Below, piece after piece: positions 55,351 to 64,000 of a DNA stretch of 64,000 nucleotides. The number at the start of each line of letters is the position of its first letter. Within the stretch, counting starts at the first letter, position 1. Both the position numbers and the translations under genes were made by a program. Origin of the DNA: Piedraia hortae CBS 480.64 (lineage: Eukaryota); contig MU005965.1 of assembly GCA_010093745.1 (NCBI GenBank), positions 248,001-312,000 on the forward strand, in the 5' to 3' direction. The notes under the pieces are model-generated. The model was given only the letters and a program-made list of their open reading frames with translations, searched no databases and had not been told where the DNA came from.

Positions 55351-56569
55351 ATGACTCGACCCAACCTAACCGAATCCTCAACCATTAAAACCTCCATGCT
55401 CAACTACCACAAGTTGCACCGCGAAGGCTGCCTAGTATATAACGACCTCTCCAAACGCCCTAGACCTTATCTCACGCAACCGACCCTTCATCATCCGCGG
55501 CGGAGCAAAGGACTGGCACACCTACCAAATCTGGACCGCTGACTATCTCAAATCCACACTTGGCCTAACCTCATCCCCATCTCAAGCACACCTTTACATC
55601 CCCCCCCCCCAACCCTCACTCACTTACACCTCAACCAACGAGCCCATCTACATGGAACCCTACATCTCTTCCAACCCCTTCTTCCCCTGGTTCACCCGCC
55701 TCCTAACTCACGGCCAAACATAGCCAACCGTGGACTTTATCTCCGACGAGGGTAACAATCTCCGGTGTGGCCCGCTATCTCTCCTCCGGCGCGACATCCC
55801 CCCAACCCTCCCCTTCTTACCAGCATCCTGCCAACACTCAATATCAATTTCCCTCTCCCTCTCCGACCAACGCGCAATTACGGACCTGCACTCCTCGGCC
55901 CACGAAACGTTCTACGTCCGAATCACGGGTACATCGAATTATACCCTCGTCTCCCCCGCGGAAAAAGCCTGCGTGAACGAATCGCCCCTCTTGAGAGGCA
56001 AGTACGAAAAGTTGCTCCTGCACAGTGACCCTTTGGAGTGCACCGTTGATGGAAACGAGTATGTCAACCGACCGATTTGGGATCCGGCTTTTCCGTTGAA
56101 AAACGCCACGGGATTCACGCCCCTGGCGCGACCGATTTGCGTAAAAGTGTACCCGGAAGATATGCTCTATGTCCCGGCGGAGTGGTTCAGGAAGGTTGAG
56201 AGACGGGTAGGGATGCAGGGGTTTAATGCGGCTGTGAGGTTTGGGTTCGGGGTTGATGAGGGGACGTTTTCGAGGTTTGTGGTTAATAACGTTGGGGTGG
56301 GGACCCCAATAGGGGGAAGGGGGGTTTCGGAGGGAGGGCTCGGGGGTCGGAGTGGGATGGTTTTGGGGTTGGAGGTTTTGGGGTGGGGGGACGGGTTAGG
56401 GGGTTTTCGGAGGCGAGTGTTGGAGGAAAGGAGTGGTTGGAGGAGGGGGGTGATGAAGGAGAGGGTGCATGGTGGATTTGGAGGGAGCGGAAGTGGATTC
56501 AATGGGAGAGAGTATGAACTGAGAGGGGGAAATGGATTGACGGTGAGAGTAAGAGGACTGAAACGGTGA
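55351..56569 (+). pseudogene. Degenerate JMJD7-like JmjC/cupin-8 gene
   Basis: NRPFIIRGGAKDW...W..DYL is out of frame with the ATG segment. Later TDLHSSAHETFYVRITG and DMLYVPAEWFRKV lack the HxD...H triad. Confidence 0.65.
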
Positions 56570-56796
56570 TGGAACAGGGACATAATGAGGGAATATGAGA
56601 TGTGCAGGGCGAGTGGTTTGTGGGGATAGTCTTTTGAATTCTTTTCTGAATTGAGTTGCTGATATTCAGTTAACGTGGGCTGATGCTGCAACCACTTCTT
56701 ATTTTTCTTTTTTCTTTTTTTAAAGAGCTGAAAGCCCAACTTTTCTATTGAAACGTGAGTACAGAGTCTACATGTTTTTTCTGTATGACGAGAGTT

Positions 56797-57492
56797 TTAC
56801 TCGAAAGCCTCTCCATTCCCCCTTCCCAGTTCCCGGTACATCCTCTCACACTCCATCGGCGTCCAATTCTCCGCTGAGCCGAGCTCGGCCATCTACAATG
56901 AAATCGTCAGTCAAACAAATCAACAACGGTGGTCGGGTGGGTGGCAAGCAATAACCATCCCCCGCCATGAAGATTAACCCACCTTCTCCGCAATCCAACT
57001 CCACTTCCTCCCCTCCCACTCATTCACCGCCCTACTCAAATTCTCCACATCCCTTTCAGCCCAAACCCTCCCCTTCTCCCTCAACCGCTTAAACCTCATC
57101 TGCAATGCCGCAATCTGCACATTCTGGCCCGTTGCCCGATTAAACTCAGCCGTAATATCCTTCCATTTCAACCCCTGCCCTTTCAAATTCAGCAAAAGCC
57201 AATCTTCCAGGGAAACCCCGCTCGCTGAGCCGTTGGGGAGGGTTGCGATTCCGCTTCCTGATGGGCGGGTTATACCCAGATTCGTGGCTGCGGGTGAGGG
57301 TGAGGTAGAGTCGCTTCGCGGGGCGGGAGTTGACCTTGATGAGGGCGGATCTGGGGTTTGGGGAAGGATACTTCGCGTTGGGATTTGTGCAATTTGATTG
57401 TATACCGGTACAGGGGTGGAGACGCTTCGCGTTGTGCGCGTTGCTGTGTTTTGCTGTGGGGGGTTTTCGAATTGGATTCGGATTTGGGGAGT

Positions 57493-57523
<31 letters not shown>

Positions 57524-58084
57524 GGCATGGTGTATGGATTTGTAATCTGAGGAGAAAGGATTTGTTGTTGGGCTGGTGCGTGGACTGCTCTGCGCATCAT
57601 GCCGGAACATGATGATACGGAGCGCTGGCGTTTGGGTGTTGACGGTGGCTCTTCGCCGAGACACGTTGATCGTTTGCGGAGGATGGGTAAGAGGCCTGTG
57701 GCTTGGATTTGGGAGGGTGGGGGTGGAGAATGGCTTATGAATGATGGGGATGTGTGTTCTGTCCCGATGCCAGATTGGGGCAGGGCTTCTTTCAGATGGT
57801 AAGGGATCTCTTTGGGCAGTTCGAGGTTGGGATCGGATAGAGGGTCAAGCCATTCTAAGGCGTTCGTTGTGCTTTCCGGTGGGAACATGGTTCCCACGGA
57901 AGAAGCATTCTCGGTACCTTGTGTCCAGTCTTCGAGTCCTACGGTCCAGTCGTCTAGGGGGAAGTTTGCCCAAAGGTTCTGTACACCAGAATCAGTATTA
58001 TTCAAAAGTCTTCGTAAATAAACTCACGACTTCTTCGTCTGTCATACCCAGTGGCGGGATATTTCCGCGCTGTTCCTCTCCCAT
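56797..58084 (-). CDS. Myb/SANT-like protein, paralog A (2 introns; polyQ)
   Basis: EDWLLLNLK.QGLKWKDI...IAALQMRFKRLRE..RVW...WIAEK|MAELG..W....CE. Confidence 0.8.
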
Positions 58085-58997
58085 CACCAAGTTATGATAT
58101 TCGTTCCTGAAAAGATCGTTGGTTGGAGTAGGAACGAACATTTGTTTGCCTAGACCAACCCGGATTGACCAGTCCTATAAAACTGCATATGGATGCATCG
58201 CCCGACTGTGGCTGAGTAACTAGATCTAAATTTAGATTACAAGGCTGACATTGAGCCTCTAGGATGAAACCGCCAATCCCTGTAATATGGCTGTGAGCTG
58301 GAATGGCCGACGGCTGCGGTCCAATGCAAGCGAAAATGGTTTCATTCATTGCCGTCACAACTTCTGGACCAGTAGATATAGGAGGACTCCTGAATTGCCG
58401 ATGAATTGGGCTTCATGTCGCTGCACACGTGGCTGCATGCAATCATCTCCCCCAATGTGCACTTCTTCGTGATCGTATGATTGTTTCAACCGACTGACAG
58501 GGTATGTTGAACGCTGAGATCATTGGACTCGGGCCGCGCCATCCAGATACAACAACTCTCCCAAACGTTGAAGTTTGAGCCTTTGTTCGGAGCCCGTTCT
58601 ATAAACATACCATTGTTGGTACACTTTCGCTCAAGGAACGTTGGTTTCGCAGTCAGCCTACAAGTCTTCACCGACCTTTCGATGCAGTACAAACGTCATG
58701 CATTTTGCCTGAAATCAATGAAAAAGTTCAGCACGAAAGACTCTGATTGGACGCTTTTTACATGTACCTGACATTGCGCCTAATCTCCTGGTAGCCAATC
58801 TCATGCGTGATGTGTGCCTGTGCCTGAAGGAGCAGTAAATGTTTCAATTAGGTTAACGGCAACAGTGGATTGCAGCACTGCCGTGCCGCATCAACCACCT
58901 GGCTTGCGCCATTGGAATGAAGCAAATTGCGGGTTAGTATAGCTACATATAGAAGCATGTTATATATCTTACTAACCATATGATTTTCATACAAAAT

Positions 58998-59078
58998 GCA
59001 TTGGTGGTTTAGTGGTATAATGGTCCGTTGCCATGAGTCATGATCGGACCGACCCGGGTTCGATTCCCGGCCGATGCA
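58998..59078 (+). tRNA. tRNA-Gly(GCC) with a 10-nt intron (59034-59043)
   Basis: Acceptor stem GCATTGG/CCGATGC; D arm; GTCCG-TT-GCC-A..T-CGGAC; T arm GGTTCGATTCC; oligo-T downstream. Confidence 0.96.
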
Positions 59079-60661
59079 ATTGGTTTTTTTTCTTTTTCGA
59101 GCTGCATCTCGTCAGAATTTGCTCTGATTCGTTATCCAGTGTAAACTGAGAGTTGGCTGCGGAACTTTCAATTTGGAGGATGAATGGGCGAATTGGACAT
59201 TATCTTCGTCATGTCGTAGTCGCTGATGCTTGGTGTGCGTGTCATAAATTTCAAGTATGAATACTGCCAATGTACCTTTGTCTCTGTCACCTCTGATATT
59301 GTTATGAAGGATGTAGCTTGATTGTGCTACCTACGGTAAGTTTTTGTTTGGCCCCACTTGAAACCCTAATTCCGACGTTGCTTTTCTACCACTGTGACAA
59401 GTATCAAAATCGAGTCGTTCTGCCTCATGTACTCCCATCTCTATCGTTTACACTGCACGTCGGATTCAAAAACAGATAGGACCTTCGTGACTAAATTTCA
59501 TACACTCGAGAGGTTTTCTTTCTGCGGCTGACGCTGAAACTATGTCAGAAGTCTGCCGCTTGCGGAAGGATTGTTGAGACCGGACAAGCCTCCGAATAAA
59601 GAAGATGATGATATGAAAGGATTCGAGGACAAAGTCCTCTCATGTATCTAGTCGGGAGGGTTTCCTCCAAGAACATCATTCGTCTAGAGATATTTACTTT
59701 GCTCTCTACTAAGGTATGAGTCCTGTCCTTCCTCTCTGACAGACTATGCTTCATTTGAGATATCCACGGAGTGATACATGACTTGTAGGCCCTGTCGTTG
59801 CAGGTGCCCCTGGTGTTGAAGTGAAAAGGTAACCTACCCGTTGTCGTGGAAAGGTAGATATTCTCCCCCGGGGATATTAGGGAGAGGTTGATAATACCAG
59901 TGGCCCTCTTTGTCCAAACGCAATGGGATCTTTGGCAGCACAATAGAGCCTGTGCGAATGTATATTAACTCGATATCCCTTCAACGTTAGCCTCTTTAGT
60001 CAATCTGGCTTGAATCCTTCTATCTTGTCAAATGCAAAAACCAAACCGAGATCAATGGCTCAAGTATATCTTCTTCTCAACTGGCCCATGCCACTCAAAT
60101 TGTCGGCAACTCAATCTTGGTGTTTCATGTTTCCCCTCAGCTGAAGACTAACACTCGCGGGACAAATATGAACCACCCGCGTGGCTGTCGCTGCCTAAAA
60201 CTTGTGTTGGTGTGATAAGTGTAAGCTGTGAAGAACATTTTCTTACTGATCGATCCGCTGGCCCGAGGGACGGATGCGGAGGATGGGATCCCCTGTCACA
60301 TAATCGGGCTGTAAAGGTCCGATCTCCGATCGTTGATGTCACTGCATTATTCACCGATTGTCGATCGTTTGACCAAGGAGGCTTTTGTGAAGTGAAACAG
60401 GAAAATGACTGTAGCTGGACATGTCAGGTGTATGTCACGGTTGGTGACTTGCCATCACACGATCTTCATTTAAACGATGAATCCAAGTGGCACACTCTTG
60501 ATGTTTCAAAAGAGAAGGCGAGCTCCGCTATGTACCACCATGTAATCAGATCGTCCTACGACCCATCTTACGTATGCAAATCTCGCGGACCGCATTAACA
60601 ACCCCTCACTTAACTTCTAATCATCTATCGTCTATTCCCATCCCCCTCAACAGCCCAAGCT

Positions 60662-61764
60662 CTAACTCCCCATATCCAGCTCAACCCACATCTTCTCACA
60701 CTCATCCGCGGACCATTGCTCCTGGGAACCTAGTTCTTCCATCTAACCCCCATTAGCATTATATTCCAAAGAAAATTAAAAATTATAAAACTCACCTCCT
60801 TAGCAACAAACACCCACCTCTCCTCCTCCCACAAATCCACCGCTTTTGCCAAATTCCTCAGATCCTTCTCCGTCCAAATCCTCCCCCTCTCTCTTAAGCG
60901 TTTATACCTCATCTGCAGCGCCGCAATCTGGACCGTATGTCCGCGAGCCAGCGCGAACTTTTCTGCGATTTCCTTCCATGGTAAGCCGGATGCTTTGAGC
61001 GATAAGAGGAGCTTGTCGTCTTCGGAGAGGCTCCCTCCTGAAGGGTGTGTGCTGCGGTGCGGGGGGGTTGGCTTTTTTGGGTTGAGAGGACGAGGGGGAG
61101 GGGAGATGCTTCGCTTTTTGAGACACGGTGTGGGGGATGGTAGGGTGTTGCGGTTTGTGGGGGTGGGTGCGCTGAGCGTGGGGACGCAGATTTGGGAGTG
61201 TGGTTGGATGGGCAGGTAGCTTTGAGTGGGTTTTGAGAGGAAGCTATGGTGTTCTGATGTATTGTGAGGTCGTTTGGGTGCTTCTGTGAACTCTAATGGT
61301 GCGGATGAGGAGGAGGGTGGGTTGTTGCTGGGGTAGGTGAAAGCTGATTGAGGGGTGAATGGTGGGTAAGGTTGATTTTTGAGAGGGATATCCAGGGGTG
61401 TATCAAGTGTTAGAGGTGTGTTCAGAGTATTATCGGATAAAGTGCTGAGTGGGATTTCCCGAGGGATGTTTTGAGGTAAGTTGAGGTTGTCCGCCGGGGA
61501 AAGGTAGTAAGTGTTGCTTGTTGGAACAGCAGCTGCTTCAGGTTGCTTCTGAGGAACATCCTGAATCCAATTCTCCAATACGACAGGCCATTCCTCCAGT
61601 GGCAGAGTGGCCCAATCCAGCTGTTTAGGTCAATACTAACCCTAACACCATAAGGAGGAAAACCTTACATTTTCTTCGACGTTCATTGGTACCTGTCCGC
61701 TCGAGTGAAAATCGTTATGCGCACACATTGCTGGAGCATCATGCTGGGGTATTTCAATGTACAT
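60662..61764 (-). CDS. Myb/SANT-like protein, paralog B (2 introns; start uncertain)
   Basis: DDKLLLSLKASGLPWKEI...IAALQMRYKRLRE..RIW...FVAKE|MEELG..W....CE. Same intron positions as paralog A. Confidence 0.8.
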
Positions 61765-61898
61765 AGAAGTGTAGATAGCATTGCAGGCTGTGAGGCTGAG
61801 TCTTTAATCAGAGTTTAATTATAGTGATTTGAGGCTGTCACCGACACACAACCAGCCTCATACCGCCGTGAAACAAACTCACATTACGTCGCGAATTT

Positions 61899-64000
61899 TT
61901 ACGACAAAGCTGCCTCACGTTCAATTAGGCGCACGGGTCGCACTATCACTTTTCGATGGAAAACGGTGACTTGGACCAGGGCGCATTCCCACACATCGCC
62001 GCGTCGAACTTCTGGAAGCTCCATCCCTTCGGGGCGCAGCATGCGCGCATCCATATTTAGGTCAATTAGTAGACACGAGGCAGAGATTCGTGGATGTAAA
62101 GCCAGCAATGGTATATGCACGTAGACCCGACACAGCGGGACCGTTGTAGAAGGCAGGTTCAACGTGGCAATTTCTTTTGAAGTCAACACATCTGTTGCAG
62201 GCACGTGGGGGAATGGCAGAGTGCTGGTGCCTGGAGCAGAATTGGACGGATGACCGGGAAAGTGCAAAATTCGAAAGACCAGCATGGCCATCCAGAATTG
62301 CTCACTTCGAGTCTTGGCTCGGGCGATGGTAGCTTCGCGAGGCTGCATCGAGACCAGCATCTCCTCCAATACCTGACGGCTAAAGGGTAAGACGCGGTCA
62401 TCGGTGATAAGGCTTCGTCCCGTGCGCGCTTCTTCCCGCAACGCCGCTTCAATCTGCCAATGAATGATCATGTCGCCATACCGACGCAGCGGGCTCGTTG
62501 CTTTTCCGTAGCGGTTCATGCCCAATACTTGATGGCGAAAAGGTTTGGTGGCTATGCGTGTTGTGCCAAACGTTTCCATGTACTGCATGCCAAGATGCAT
62601 GGGATATGTCCCTGTGCCATTGGCTTCCAAGACAGGCTTAATCTCCTGCTCCCAGAAGACGTCGCTCGGGGTACGATCTGGCATGGGTACACTCCCTCGA
62701 AACACACCCGGCACCTGCCTTTCTTCGCAGAAAGTGGCGGCTACCTCGCACGCAAGCAACATATGTTCCCGTACCAGAGTGTCTACGGGCGTGTCGGATT
62801 CGGCAAACCAATTCCTCAAGCCTGGTGTACGCAACTCTATGATTGGATCACCGTCCACTCTTCGTCCGCCTCTTCGATAGGGATATTCCCACGCCAGGCC
62901 AGGTCGGCTCCATCCTTGCCACACTGACACTTCTGGCTTGCCAGAATCGAATATAATTCCTCCAGCCAGCTGTCTCTGCTCCATCCTTTTGACTGCCAGC
63001 TGATGCAGCCAGCGCAACTGCTGCTTTTCTTCGGGCCCTACTTTGTCCACAAAGCTTTCATACGATGGCGGCGGCGGCGGTGTACCCCCTACACGGAGGA
63101 CCAACATTTTTTTCTCAGTCGTGTCATCGCTGATCAGTGGCTTCGTCTCGGCAGGAGTTAGTCTCATGACGTTCCTTACGATTCCTGACCTCACGCGGTA
63201 CTCGAGCATCTTACCGCTAGCATCCAACTGGGCAGAAAATGTCAAGCAGCGTCTGTCGGGTGCGAGACCGAAATGCTTATCAGTGGCCCAGCGTGGAAGC
63301 ATAGTATACGCTCTCTCGGGCGTGTACACCGTCTCCCCCATCAGCCGGGACATTTTACCGAGGGGATGATCAGGGCCAAAGCAAGCGGTGGGGTTGGCCA
63401 CATGGACGTGAACCCACCACTTGTCATCTGCAATCTTTTCAATGGATAGACCGTCATCAATCTCATGGGCCCCAGCCTTGTCGATGCAGTAAACAGGCAA
63501 ATCACCCCAGTCGTGGCGGAGATGAGCCATGGAATCCTCAAATTGCAGGTGCGATTGAGCCATATTCGCCAGAGTGAGACCAAGATCTTGAAGAGGTTTG
63601 CTTTGCAGCGAGTTTGGGAGGACTAGTTGTGTATCAAAGGTCACACGATTCGCATAAGGCATAATCGTGCCCAGCTCTTGCAGAAAGACGATACCTACCC
63701 AACGTTCAAGTGGGTAGTTTTCATACATGCCCGTAGCTTGCAGGATCAAAGGTGGAAGAGCCATGAGGCGCGGCTCGTCTGTAAATTGACCCGATGGACC
63801 CCAGGCCTCCATGAACCGCACCAATTCGCTCTCCTCGTTGTTGAAGACGGGGTTCAGCCGTACTTTGACGCAATCTTGTTTTGAGGTCAAGGGGATTTGA
63901 ATATTGGATGGGCCAACATTGCCGCACAGAGTAACATCTCGCGTCTGACGGCTTTTTTGGATGATTTGTTGACATTTCTTCACGAAATCGTACACGTTCT
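61899..64000 (-). CDS. cyt-4: Mitochondrial RNase II-family exoribonuclease (Cyt-4/Dss1-like); 5' end outside window
   Basis: VYCIDKAGAHEIDDGLS; VHVHVANPT; ATSPLRRYGDMIIHWQI. Confidence 0.88.
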   Translation of the reverse strand, partial: NVYDFVKKCQQIIQKSRQTRDVTLCGNVGPSNIQIPLTSKQDCVKVRLNPVFNNEESELVRFMEAWGPSGQFTDEPRLMALPPLILQATGMYENYPLERWVGIVFLQELGTIMPYANRVTFDTQLVLPNSLQSKPLQDLGLTLANMAQSHLQFEDSMAHLRHDWGDLPVYCIDKAGAHEIDDGLSIEKIADDKWWVHVHVANPTACFGPDHPLGKMSRLMGETVYTPERAYTMLPRWATDKHFGLAPDRRCLTFSAQLDASGKMLEYRVRSGIVRNVMRLTPAETKPLISDDTTEKKMLVLRVGGTPPPPPSYESFVDKVGPEEKQQLRWLHQLAVKRMEQRQLAGGIIFDSGKPEVSVWQGWSRPGLAWEYPYRRGGRRVDGDPIIELRTPGLRNWFAESDTPVDTLVREHMLLACEVAATFCEERQVPGVFRGSVPMPDRTPSDVFWEQEIKPVLEANGTGTYPMHLGMQYMETFGTTRIATKPFRHQVLGMNRYGKATSPLRRYGDMIIHWQIEAALREEARTGRSLITDDRVLPFSRQVLEEMLVSMQPREATIARAKTRSEQFWMAMLVFRILHFPGHPSNSAPGTSTLPFPHVPATDVLTSKEIATLNLPSTTVPLCRVYVHIPLLALHPRISASCLLIDLNMDARMLRPEGMELPEVRRGDVWECALVQVTVFHRKVIVRPVRLIEREAALS

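Noticed and set aside
61636..61646. CTAACCCTAAC, identical to a canonical TTAGGG telomerase template
   Set aside because: It lies within the first intron (opposite strand) of Myb paralog B and is hemmed in by coding sequence on both sides. I found no boundary hairpin, pseudoknot or Sm site, and it sits in C/A-rich sequence where such a match is plausible by chance.
1..64000. Transposons, CRISPR arrays, rRNA, secondary-metabolite core genes
   Set aside because: No transposase or RT motifs, terminal repeats, spacer-repeat arrays, rRNA-like sequence or PKS/NRPS/terpene cyclase seen, so the ILV3 paralog is not called a self-resistance gene.

Overview
Gene-dense region of a filamentous ascomycete (Pezizomycotina; Eurotiomycetes/Chaetothyriales-like by inference only) with short GT-AG introns, about 30 protein genes, one intron-containing tRNA-Gly and two assembly gaps. 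Housekeeping genes: BDF1, UTP5, NFU1, PRS, KRE6, DPH1, COX12, DPL1, SEC31, ILV3, ERD2, RRF1, DST1, RPP1, EXG1, a RidA gene and cyt-4/DSS1. The main observation is the ~1 kb ORF-free interval between BDF1 and UTP5. By hand it folds into the full telomerase-RNA core in the expected order: core-enclosing helix, template-boundary hairpin, template, pseudoknot with an extra internal hairpin, structured 3' arm, Sm site plus splice signals. Its template predicts a non-canonical 10-bp telomere repeat, (GTAGAGGTCT)n. An accessory block at 16.4-28.3 kb holds a GH25 lysozyme, a TPR relic, Dicer-like 2, a stand-alone Clr2-N-domain gene missed by the ORF track, and a bacterial-like GH16 with a decayed copy. 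Also seen: a second, decayed Dicer copy at ~44 kb, a 3-nt microexon in COX12, an acr-2-like TF frameshifted by a 16-bp duplication, and recurrent C-rich to G-rich skew switches independent of gene orientation. All calls are by eye; no searches or folding programs were run.
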